From: Bacteroidales bacterium
GTDB lineage: Bacteria > Bacteroidota > Bacteroidia > Bacteroidales > GCA-2748055
Direction: 5' to 3'
NCBI GenBank assembly: GCA_038316435.1
Contig: JBBQAQ010000002.1
Span: 22,808-86,807 of the forward strand
DNA: 64,000 bases
Of this stretch, positions 47,101 to 55,523 are shown one piece after another. Position numbers and translations under genes: made by a program. The notes below the pieces were generated by a model, which was not told where the DNA came from, made no database searches, and saw nothing but the letters and a program-made list of their open reading frames with translations. Numbering within the stretch: the stretch's first letter is position 1; the number at the start of each line of letters is the position of its first letter.

Positions 47101-47650
47101 TTTTTTTCTCATACCCAATCATTGATATTTCAAATATTGCGGTGGCAGGATTCTGAACCGCGAAGGAAAAATTCCCGTCAACATCAGTTATTGATCCATT
47201 TACGGTTCCTTTTACCAAAACAGTGGCTCCAACTATAAAAGACTTATCATCAGCATCGGTTACTGAGCCTTTAATAGTTTTCTTCTCTGAATTTTCAGGC
47301 GTCTGAGTTTTTTTTGTGATGGCAATTACCTCATCCATTATTTTGTAGGTAAGGTCGCTATTTTTCAAAATGACGTTAAGCAGCTCATCTATTGAAAGTT
47401 TTGATTCATTTATATTGAATTTCTGTGCCTGATTTGATATTTCATCATTATAAAAAAACAAGTATTTGGTTTTCTTTTCTATAGCTTTAAAAATCTGTGA
47501 ATAAGTAGCATTATCTATTTTTAGCGAAATTTTATCATTATTCTGAGCTAATAAATAGAAGGGGTTCGCAAGCAAAATGCTTAAAATTGCTAGAATTTGT
47601 AAACTGAACTGGTAACGAAATATTTTAGTTTTCAGTTGTTTGTTTCCCAT
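44168..47650 (-). CDS. SusC-like TonB-dependent receptor with N-terminal STN signalling domain
   Basis: STN domain ([22 protein letters not shown]...[12 protein letters not shown]), CarboxypepD_reg domain (GSVTDADD...), plug ([32 protein letters not shown]) and a large barrel ending ...LGVDVKF. Confidence 0.95.
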   Translation of the reverse strand: [1160 protein letters not shown]

Positions 47651-47670
47651 GATGGTTAAGCTTTATTCTG

Positions 47671-48708
47671 TTAGTTTCGATTACTTCTTTTTTTTGGCTT
47701 AATTGTAATAATATCTTCTGCACTTGAAATGCGGTTTACTGATATTTCAACCGGGGCAATTAGTTCTATTATCCTCAATATCTGTTCAAGTGGTTTGTTC
47801 TTTAAAATTGTACCTGTGAAACTCAGCTTTTTTAATTCTTCGTTAGGAATGTCAATTTTGACTGAGTAAATTCTTTCAAGTTTTGTAGCTATATTTTCCA
47901 GCTTTTCCTTTTCAAAAGAATAGTATCCGTCTTTCCAAGAGGTGTAATACTCGGTATTTACATTACTGATACTATATGATTTGTTGGCTGAATTATAGAG
48001 AAAAAGTTGACCTGGTTCCAGTATTTTGAGTTCCCTATTATTGTTATCAAGCAAAGTTACTTTCCCTTCAATTAGGGCAGTCTCACTGATTTTGTCCCCT
48101 GTGTATGCTGAAACATTAAAGCTTGTACCAAGTACTTTAATACTGTAGTTTTCGGTGTGAACAACGAATGGAGACTTCGCATCTTCGGTTACAGTGAAAA
48201 ATGCTTCGCCCGAAATGGTAACTTCCCTGTTTTTTGACGAGAAAGTAGTCGGATATTTTATATTAGTAAGTGAATTTAGCCATACTTTAGTTCCATCGGG
48301 TAATGAAATCTGAGCAGTCTGGCCCGATTGGGTTGTAACTTCAGACCACTTATTATCACTTGACCTATTTATTGACGATGGAATAACTACTCTGACTACA
48401 AAAAAGGTAATAAATACAACAGCGGCATATTTCAAAACTGAGGTAAGCATCCGCATGCGAACGGTTCGTTGCTGATTCGAAATTTTTCCTAACAGAAGGC
48501 TCAATTCTTTTTTTGTTTTTTGATTTTCTTCAGCCGTTTTGCCTGTGAGAGCCATAAGGTTTTTTAATCTGTAGAACTCTTCACGATTTTCATCTGAACT
48601 GTTAATCCATTCCAATATCATAGGCTTTTGGTCAGCATTGGCTTTCCCTGTTATAAAGTCTATTATTTCACTTTCTTTCATCTTTTTTCCTTTCTTTATA
48701 TGAAACAA
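47671..48708 (-). CDS. FecR-family anti-sigma factor
   Basis: N-terminal anti-sigma region, one TM (AAVVFITFFVVRVVI), FecR domain (GEAFFTV...VLGTSFNV) and a C-terminal DUF4974-like part (FTGTILKNKPLEQILRIIE). The start may be 48681 (MKESEII). Confidence 0.9.
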   Translation of the reverse strand: MFHIKKGKKMKESEIIDFITGKANADQKPMILEWINSSDENREEFYRLKNLMALTGKTAEENQKTKKELSLLLGKISNQQRTVRMRMLTSVLKYAAVVFITFFVVRVVIPSSINRSSDNKWSEVTTQSGQTAQISLPDGTKVWLNSLTNIKYPTTFSSKNREVTISGEAFFTVTEDAKSPFVVHTENYSIKVLGTSFNVSAYTGDKISETALIEGKVTLLDNNNRELKILEPGQLFLYNSANKSYSISNVNTEYYTSWKDGYYSFEKEKLENIATKLERIYSVKIDIPNEELKKLSFTGTILKNKPLEQILRIIELIAPVEISVNRISSAEDIITIKPKKRSNRN

Positions 48709-48790
48709 CTAAATCCACCTCAACCCTATATGGCGAAGTGAATAATTTTAAAAATAAATCTTTTGAATTAATTATGAGCGATAAAACAGC

Positions 48791-49387
48791 CTATAAAAAG
48801 GGGATTCCTAAAAAGAATAACAAGGAAAGGTAATCCTTAAGCTCAGAGCGGAAGATTTTAAGAGCACGGGTTATATTAGCTTCCACTGCTTTGACTGAGA
48901 TATTCAATTTTGATGCAATTTCGGCATTGCTCATATTTTTGAAACGGCTCATCATGAATACCTCCTTGCATTGAGGGGTAAGCAATTGAATAGTTTTATC
49001 TATAATTGCCTGCACTCTTTCAAAGTCGTACAAATCAAAATCCAGGCTTCTTAAAGCCCCGTAATTCAGTTCCAACTCAAGGCTGTCTTTTATTACTTTT
49101 TGGTGATATTTTGCCTCTACTCTCTGATGCTTCAGATAATTGAGACAACTATTGCGGGTAATGGTATATAAGTATGCAACTATAAAGGTATTATCACTCA
49201 ACTTCTTCTTGTTTTCCCATAATTGAAGAAATGCATCCTGAACTATGTTTGCCGCAATGTCTTTATCAATAACGTAAGTTTTAGCAAAATATGAAAGCCT
49301 TGAATTATAAATATAAAAGATCCGGGTAAAGGCGCTTTTATCTCCATCCTTCAACTTTTCAAGCAAATTGTCAGTTTCTGATTCCAT
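48791..49387 (-). CDS. ECF-type sigma-70 factor controlling the PUL
   Basis: Region 2 (IVQDAFLQLWE, TITRNSCLNYLKH) and region 4 HTH (MSNAEIASKLNISVKAVEANITRALK). Adjacent to FecR and an STN-bearing SusC. Confidence 0.9.
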   Translation of the reverse strand: MESETDNLLEKLKDGDKSAFTRIFYIYNSRLSYFAKTYVIDKDIAANIVQDAFLQLWENKKKLSDNTFIVAYLYTITRNSCLNYLKHQRVEAKYHQKVIKDSLELELNYGALRSLDFDLYDFERVQAIIDKTIQLLTPQCKEVFMMSRFKNMSNAEIASKLNISVKAVEANITRALKIFRSELKDYLSLLFFLGIPFL

Positions 49388-49568
49388 ACATCTGCCTGTT
49401 TTTAATTAAATTCAATATACCAAAAATACATAATAATCGAATCAATAATTGCAAGCATCTTAAATGTTACTTCCGAAATCATAAGCTAAGCGAGGGTTCT
49501 TCTTATTTTGATGCGCCAAGTTTATTCTATTATGTAGTTTAAAATGATATAGGGCAATGTAATCAATT

Positions 49569-49757
49569 AATCCCCGAAGGGGGTAAATTTCAATAACCGT
49601 GGGTGAAAACCCACGGCATAAATATACTCGGAATCTCAGCCCTGAACCGAGTTTACGAGCTCGCCGAAGGCAATATAATTCAGCAACATGTGGGTTTACC
49701 TTCAGTGAGCCCTTCGGGGTTCATCCGACCACTGAAATAAATTATATACGGATGAAA
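49569..49757 (+). ncRNA. Candidate structured RNA (unclassified multi-hairpin element)
   Basis: A locally GC-rich block in an AT-rich 739-bp gap, with five perfect helices including GAAA- and UUCG-capped hairpins and mutually exclusive pairings (see findings). No ORF of 20 codons or more. Strand inferred from tetraloop identity only. Confidence 0.35.
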
Positions 49758-50126
49758 TCCAGCATGAAAAATAAATAATTAGTTTGATAGCACATCAAAA
49801 TAAGAATTTACCTTTAAAAGAATTCACATTAAATTAATCTAAATTACCATAATTCCAAAACAAGTTTTTGTATATTCGTGAATTACAGTAAAACAAGAAA
49901 CTAATAGTATAGATTCTCTTAATTATCATTTTCTCCTCCAAAAAAGTAAAGCGAGCAATTAATATTGAAAGGCTGCTAAAATTCTGTTCTGGAACATTGA
50001 TTAAGGTTGCGATTTCATGAAAAAGGATTCTACACCAGAAAATAAAAGCTCTATAAATGGAAGGATAGAAAAATGCTAATTCTAAATCAGCATTTTGCTT
50101 AGGTTCAATACTTTTATGCAGGCATT

Positions 50127-52736
50127 ATGAGTACCAATAAGAAGGCTAAGGAATCAGAAGTCGTAAAACTTCAAGCTAAGGGGAAATCTCCACCCAGCAT
50201 TAAACCTTCGAAAGCCAATCCTGCTAAATATCTGGAAATCAAAGAATTAAAACTAAGTATAAAAAAACTTACCAAAGAGAACAATGTCCTTCGTTTATCC
50301 AATGAGAAAGCCACATACGACCTTGACAAGAAACTCGAAATTGATAACCTGAATCAAATTCTGCTGGATTCCCTCCCTCACCCTGCCATGTATATCAGGA
50401 GAAGTGACCGAGTAGTTATCGCCGCAAACAAAATAGCCCTGGATTTTGGAGTAAAACCTGGAGGCTATTGCTGGCGGGAATTTGGAAAATCTAATTATTT
50501 ATCAGAAAAAAATAAGGAAATAGCTGCGAAATTTCCAGAAGAAGTCCCTTCAAAATTTAAATTAAAGTGTGTTTTTTGCCAGGGAGATAAATGCTTTACC
50601 AACAACGCGGAACAAAATAATCCCGAAGTTCATTTGTTTGGACGTATCTGGAACGCTTACTGGATAAAAGCAAGCTCTGATGTTTTTCTTCATTATGTAG
50701 TTGACATTACACAAAAGAAAATCTCCGAAGAAGCCCTTATGCGCAGCGAGAATCTTTTGCGCAATACACAATCGCTTACTCTTAGCGGGGGATGGGAATG
50801 GGATATTGAGAGAAAAAACATGTACTGGACGGATGAGACCTATAATATTCATGATTTTCATCCCACAGGTAAAGAAACCTTACCACTTGATCTAAAAGAA
50901 TTAAGCCTTTCGTGCTATTTGCCGGAAGACAGAAAGGTAATTCTTGAAGCCTTAAATAATTGTATCGAAAAAGGCATCCCCTATGATAAAGAATTCAGTT
51001 TTAATACTTTAAAAGGGAGGAAGATTTGGATTCGAACTCAGGCTCAACCATTCTATAGGGACGGGAAAATTGAAAAAGTAATTGGTGTAATTATCGATAT
51101 CACTTCACGAAAGCAAACTATTGAAAATCTTAAAGAGCTTAATGAACAATTTGAAACTCTCGCAACCCTTTCACCTGTAGGGATATACCTAACCGACGCT
51201 GAAGGAGAATGCATTTATGCAAATCCGGCATGGTGCTCCATGGCTGGGCTAAGCTCCAAAGAAGCATTAGGTCTTGGCTGGCTAAACGGATTGCACCCCG
51301 AAGACCGTAAAATGGTCTTTAACAACTGGAAAAGAATGGTTGAGTCGCATGGTGAATGGGGATTTGAATACCGTTTCCAAAATAAAACAGGGAAAGTTAC
51401 CCAGGTTTATGGATTAGCAACTCCGCAGTGCGATGAAGAAGAAAATGTTGTCCGGTATATTGGTGTAAATCTTGATATTACCGAGCGAAAACTGGCCGAA
51501 CAAATTCTTATTGATAGTGAGATGCGGCTTGCAAGTTTGGTCAATATTTTGCAAAACAAGACAAATTCTATCCAGGAATTGCTCGATTTTACGCTGGAGG
51601 AAGCAATTAAACTAACAAATAGTAAAATAGGTTATATCTATTTCTATAGTGAAGAGAAAATGGAATTTACTCTATTCTCCTGGTCAAAACAGGTGATGAA
51701 GGACTGTTCAATCGTAAACCCTGAAACAGTTTATAACCTTGAGGAAACTAGTATCTGGGGAGAAGCTGTGCGGCATAGGAAGCCAATCATGGTAAATGAT
51801 TTCCAAGCTGCAAATCCCCTTAAAAAAGGGTTCCCTGAAGGACATGCTGCATTGTATAAATATCTTACCATTCCTGTTTTTGTTGGAAAAGAAATAGTTG
51901 CTGTAGTTGGTGTGGCAAATAAAGGAATAGATTATGTTGAAACTGATATCCTTCATCTTACTCTTCTGATGGACTTTACCTGGAAAGCCTATGAACGCAT
52001 GAAATTAGCTGAAGTTATGCAGAATCAGAATGATGAACTCATCAAACTAAATGCTGATAAAGACAAGTTTATGTCAATTTTGGCTCACGATCTGAAAAGC
52101 CCATTTAGCGGTCTTCTAGGCTTATCAGAAGTATTAACCTCCAATATCCGTAATTATGATATTGAGAAAATAGAAAACATGACCAGTCTTATTCACACGT
52201 CTGCCAAAACAACCTATAATCTGATGGAAGCCTTATTGTTATGGACACGCACACAATCCGGTAAAATCCCATTTGATCCTATAGAGATTAACCTTTATGA
52301 AATCTGTAAAGAGGTAATTTTAGACTTAAATGTAAACGCAGAAGGCAAAAGTATTGCAGTCAATAACCTTATAGATAGAAAGTTAAATGCTTATGCCGAC
52401 TCAGATATGCTAAAAACAATTTTAAGAAACCTCATCTCTAATGCAATAAAGTTTACTAATTCGAAAGGCAAAATCGATATTTCCTGCATAAAAAACGAAA
52501 AAGAAATCAGTATTTCAGTTACCGATAACGGAATAGGCATATCCCCTGAATTGACAGATAAAATGTTCGATCTGTCGCAGCTGAATTCGACCAAAGGTAC
52601 TGCAAATGAGACTGGTACTGGGTTGGGCTTGTTGCTATGCAAAGATTTCGTTTCAAAACATGGCGGCAAAATTATGGTTGAAAGCCAACTCGGTGTTGGG
52701 AGTGAATTTAAATTTTCGTTGCCGAATAAAGCATAG
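50127..52736 (+). CDS. Soluble multi-sensor histidine kinase (coiled coil, Cys-containing PAS-like domain, PAS x2, GAF, HisKA, HATPase_c)
   Basis: H-box SILAHDLKSPF, N-box LISNAIKFT, DNGIGI and GTGLGL. No TM segment seen. Confidence 0.9.
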   Translation: MSTNKKAKESEVVKLQAKGKSPPSIKPSKANPAKYLEIKELKLSIKKLTKENNVLRLSNEKATYDLDKKLEIDNLNQILLDSLPHPAMYIRRSDRVVIAANKIALDFGVKPGGYCWREFGKSNYLSEKNKEIAAKFPEEVPSKFKLKCVFCQGDKCFTNNAEQNNPEVHLFGRIWNAYWIKASSDVFLHYVVDITQKKISEEALMRSENLLRNTQSLTLSGGWEWDIERKNMYWTDETYNIHDFHPTGKETLPLDLKELSLSCYLPEDRKVILEALNNCIEKGIPYDKEFSFNTLKGRKIWIRTQAQPFYRDGKIEKVIGVIIDITSRKQTIENLKELNEQFETLATLSPVGIYLTDAEGECIYANPAWCSMAGLSSKEALGLGWLNGLHPEDRKMVFNNWKRMVESHGEWGFEYRFQNKTGKVTQVYGLATPQCDEEENVVRYIGVNLDITERKLAEQILIDSEMRLASLVNILQNKTNSIQELLDFTLEEAIKLTNSKIGYIYFYSEEKMEFTLFSWSKQVMKDCSIVNPETVYNLEETSIWGEAVRHRKPIMVNDFQAANPLKKGFPEGHAALYKYLTIPVFVGKEIVAVVGVANKGIDYVETDILHLTLLMDFTWKAYERMKLAEVMQNQNDELIKLNADKDKFMSILAHDLKSPFSGLLGLSEVLTSNIRNYDIEKIENMTSLIHTSAKTTYNLMEALLLWTRTQSGKIPFDPIEINLYEICKEVILDLNVNAEGKSIAVNNLIDRKLNAYADSDMLKTILRNLISNAIKFTNSKGKIDISCIKNEKEISISVTDNGIGISPELTDKMFDLSQLNSTKGTANETGTGLGLLLCKDFVSKHGGKIMVESQLGVGSEFKFSLPNKA

Positions 52737-52852
52737 AAAAATATTTTTTAGAATATCATTTCCATAAACTTTATTATTGAAAATTTAAAATTTTACACTA
52801 ATATTATAGCATAACTCAAAAAGCAGCCCAATCTGAACAATTTGAAGAGCCT

Positions 52853-55297
52853 GTGGAAAGTAGCAAAAATATAATACTCGCGATCGACGACAATCAGGAT
52901 AATCTGATTATTATTAATGCTCTGGTAAATGATTTGTTTCCAGATGCGATTACTTTAACAGCATTAAATGGAACTGATGGGCTAAGGCTTGCTACATCCA
53001 GAAATCCCGATATTATACTGCTCGATATTGTGATGCCCGATATGGATGGGTATGAGGTTTGTCGTCGTTTAAAAGCAGACAAAAGACTCTGCGATATTCC
53101 TGTAGTATTTATTACTGCCTTAAAAGATCTGAAAGATAGTCGTATTCGCGCCCTTGAAGTTGGAGCAGAAGCATTTCTTTCTAAACCAATCGATGAAAGT
53201 GAGCTTTTTGCCCAGATTCAAGCAATGCTTAAAATAAAAATTGCTAATTCTGAAAAGCGAAATGAAAACGTTCGGCTCGCGACTTTGGTCGAAGAACGAA
53301 CTCATGAGCTAAAGCTTTCTCATGATTCTACACTGAAATTGCTTAACGATCTGAAAAATGAAAACGAAGCAAGGAAAAAAAGTGAGGAAATATTTCGCTC
53401 TGTGGCGCAATCGGCCAATGATGCCATTATCACGGCAAATAATAAGGGAGTAATTATCGAATGGAATCGTGGTGCTGAAAAAATATTCGGGTATACTTTA
53501 GATGAAATTAAAGGCAAGGATCTGACTTTGATTATGCCTATGCAATTTTCCGAACAACATAATATCGGAATCAAAAGAATCCAAAACGGTGGTGACCATC
53601 ACGTTATCGGCAATACCGTGGAACTTCTTGGATTACACAAAAACGGAACTGAATTTCCAATCGAATTATCTCTGGCAGAATGGGAAACTGATTCCGGAAG
53701 CTTTTTCACAGGTATTATTCGTGATATTACCCAGCACAAAAAAGCGGAAGAAAAGTTGAGGATTAGCGAGGAAAGATACCGTACAATTGTTGAAAATATC
53801 GGAGAAGGTATTGCCTATTTGAATGATCAGGAAAATTTTGTTTTTGCTAACAGGGCAGCAGAGGATATTTTCGGTATTGAACCCGGTGGATTGATTGGAT
53901 TGAACCTGAAACAGTTTGTAAGCAAAGAGCAATACAATCTGGTACTCGATGAGACCAAGATAAGGGCAAAAGGAATAAAAAGTGTTTATGAACTTGAAAT
54001 AATCAGATCCAATAGTGAAACACGAAATATTTACCTAACAGCAGTTCCGCATATAGATAAATTTACAGGATTTCTTGGAACATATGGCGTCTTCAGAGAT
54101 ATTACCGAAAGGAAAAAAAATGAACAGGAACTAATTGAAGCAAAGGAGCATGCAGAGCAAAGCGATCGTTTAAAATCTGCTTTCCTGGCTAATATGAGCC
54201 ACGAAATCCGAACACCAATGAACGGAATCCTTGGTTTTGCCGGATTACTAAAAGAACCCGGATTATCAGGTGAGAAACAGCAGAAATATGTCAAAATCAT
54301 TGAGAAAAGCGGGGCTCGGATGCTGAACATCATAAACGATATTGTAGATATTTCAAAAGTCGAGGCTGGACTGATGGATGTTAGCTTATCCATTACAAAT
54401 ATTAACGCACAAGTAGAATTCATTTACACCTTTTTTAAACCTGAATCTGAACTAAAAGGTATAAATCTCTTCGTTAACTGTTCTCAACCCTCTGAATTGG
54501 TTATTATTAAAACCGATACAGAAAAACTGTATGCGATCCTTACAAATCTGGTTAAAAACGCAATCAAATTCTGCGATTCCGGCAGTATTGAATTAGGGTA
54601 TGAACTAATTAAAAATAAGCAGGTTACGAATGAACAAAACGTTTTTTTACAATTTTATGTGAAAGACACAGGAATCGGAATACCACTGGATCGGCAAAAT
54701 GCAGTTTTTGAACGATTTATTCAGGCTGACATATCCGATAACAGAGCCTTTCAGGGCGCAGGCCTCGGATTGTCAATTACTAAAGCTTATGTAGAAATGC
54801 TTGGTGGTAAAATCTGGGTGAAGAGTGAGCCGGGAAAAGGCTCTCAGTTCTTTTTTACTATCCCTTACAATCCAGTTACTTCAGCAAAGACAGAACCTAA
54901 TTATCCGATTCATAAAAATTCTGATGAAATTTCTATAGAGGGATTAACAATACTCATCGCTGAAGATGATGAAACATCTGAAATTCTGATTTCAATGACC
55001 CTTGAGCCTTTTGGAAAAGAATTCCTTAAAGTTAAAACAGGGATTGCTGCAGTAAAAATGTGTCGGGAACATCCTGATATAGACCTTATTCTGATGGATA
55101 TTAAAATGCCCGAAATGGATGGCTATGAAGCTACCCGACAAATCAGAGCTTTCAATAAAAAAGTAGTGATTTTCGCACAAACCGCTTTTGCTCTTTCCGG
55201 AGAAAAATATAAGGCTCTCGAAGCTGGTTGTAATGACTATATTTCAAAACCCTATAATCTTACATTGCTTAATCAGCTGATGAAGAAGCATTTCTGA
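52853..55297 (+). CDS. Hybrid sensor histidine kinase/response regulator (REC, PAS x2, HisKA, HATPase_c, REC)
   Basis: N-terminal REC (LLDIVMPDMDG, SKP). H-box NMSHEIRTPMN, N-box LVKNAIKF, DTGIGI, GAGLGL. C-terminal REC (LMDIKMPEMDG). GTG start. Confidence 0.9.
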   Translation: MESSKNIILAIDDNQDNLIIINALVNDLFPDAITLTALNGTDGLRLATSRNPDIILLDIVMPDMDGYEVCRRLKADKRLCDIPVVFITALKDLKDSRIRALEVGAEAFLSKPIDESELFAQIQAMLKIKIANSEKRNENVRLATLVEERTHELKLSHDSTLKLLNDLKNENEARKKSEEIFRSVAQSANDAIITANNKGVIIEWNRGAEKIFGYTLDEIKGKDLTLIMPMQFSEQHNIGIKRIQNGGDHHVIGNTVELLGLHKNGTEFPIELSLAEWETDSGSFFTGIIRDITQHKKAEEKLRISEERYRTIVENIGEGIAYLNDQENFVFANRAAEDIFGIEPGGLIGLNLKQFVSKEQYNLVLDETKIRAKGIKSVYELEIIRSNSETRNIYLTAVPHIDKFTGFLGTYGVFRDITERKKNEQELIEAKEHAEQSDRLKSAFLANMSHEIRTPMNGILGFAGLLKEPGLSGEKQQKYVKIIEKSGARMLNIINDIVDISKVEAGLMDVSLSITNINAQVEFIYTFFKPESELKGINLFVNCSQPSELVIIKTDTEKLYAILTNLVKNAIKFCDSGSIELGYELIKNKQVTNEQNVFLQFYVKDTGIGIPLDRQNAVFERFIQADISDNRAFQGAGLGLSITKAYVEMLGGKIWVKSEPGKGSQFFFTIPYNPVTSAKTEPNYPIHKNSDEISIEGLTILIAEDDETSEILISMTLEPFGKEFLKVKTGIAAVKMCREHPDIDLILMDIKMPEMDGYEATRQIRAFNKKVVIFAQTAFALSGEKYKALEAGCNDYISKPYNLTLLNQLMKKHF

Positions 55298-55469
55298 GCA
55301 ATTAGGTGGAATTTGATGGTTTAATTGGAATAAATATTTTTAGGGTTTTGCAATGCTGAAAACAAGAGCAAATAGGCTTTCGAGTACTATTTGGATTTTC
55401 CATTTTTGTGGGCCTTTTATAGTTCAAACAAAAACGGCCCGTTAGAAAATTAATCTATTGACAAAAACA

Positions 55470-55502
55470 AAAAAAGCCCTAGGTTTTCTATGGCTTTTTT
55501 GT
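55470..55502. terminator. Bidirectional terminator candidate between convergent genes
   Basis: A-tract, stem GCC(C)TAG / CTA(T)GGC with one mismatch and a 5-nt loop, then a T-tract. Confidence 0.45.
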
Positions 55503-55523
55503 TGATTTCACTATAACTACTTT

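Noticed and set aside
49569-49757. Possible cobalamin riboswitch (GGUGAAAACCC, CCACUG), glycine riboswitch (GCCGAAGGCAA, AAUCUCAG), TPP riboswitch on the minus strand (GCUGAGA), hammerhead ribozyme or 6S RNA.
   Set aside because: The short boxes occur in the wrong order and spacing for each class, and other obligatory motifs are missing. The flanking genes (ECF sigma, histidine kinase) do not fit those ligands. The 6S-like long-hairpin idea fails because the central part folds into independent hairpins. It is kept only as an unclassified candidate.
55367-55460. 31-codon ORF (MLKTRANRLSS...) and a GGGCC/GGCCC stem in the gap after the hybrid kinase.
   Set aside because: There is no coding signature, and the stem is 5 bp with a 21-nt loop. 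Only the downstream A-tract/stem/T-tract was kept, as a terminator candidate.
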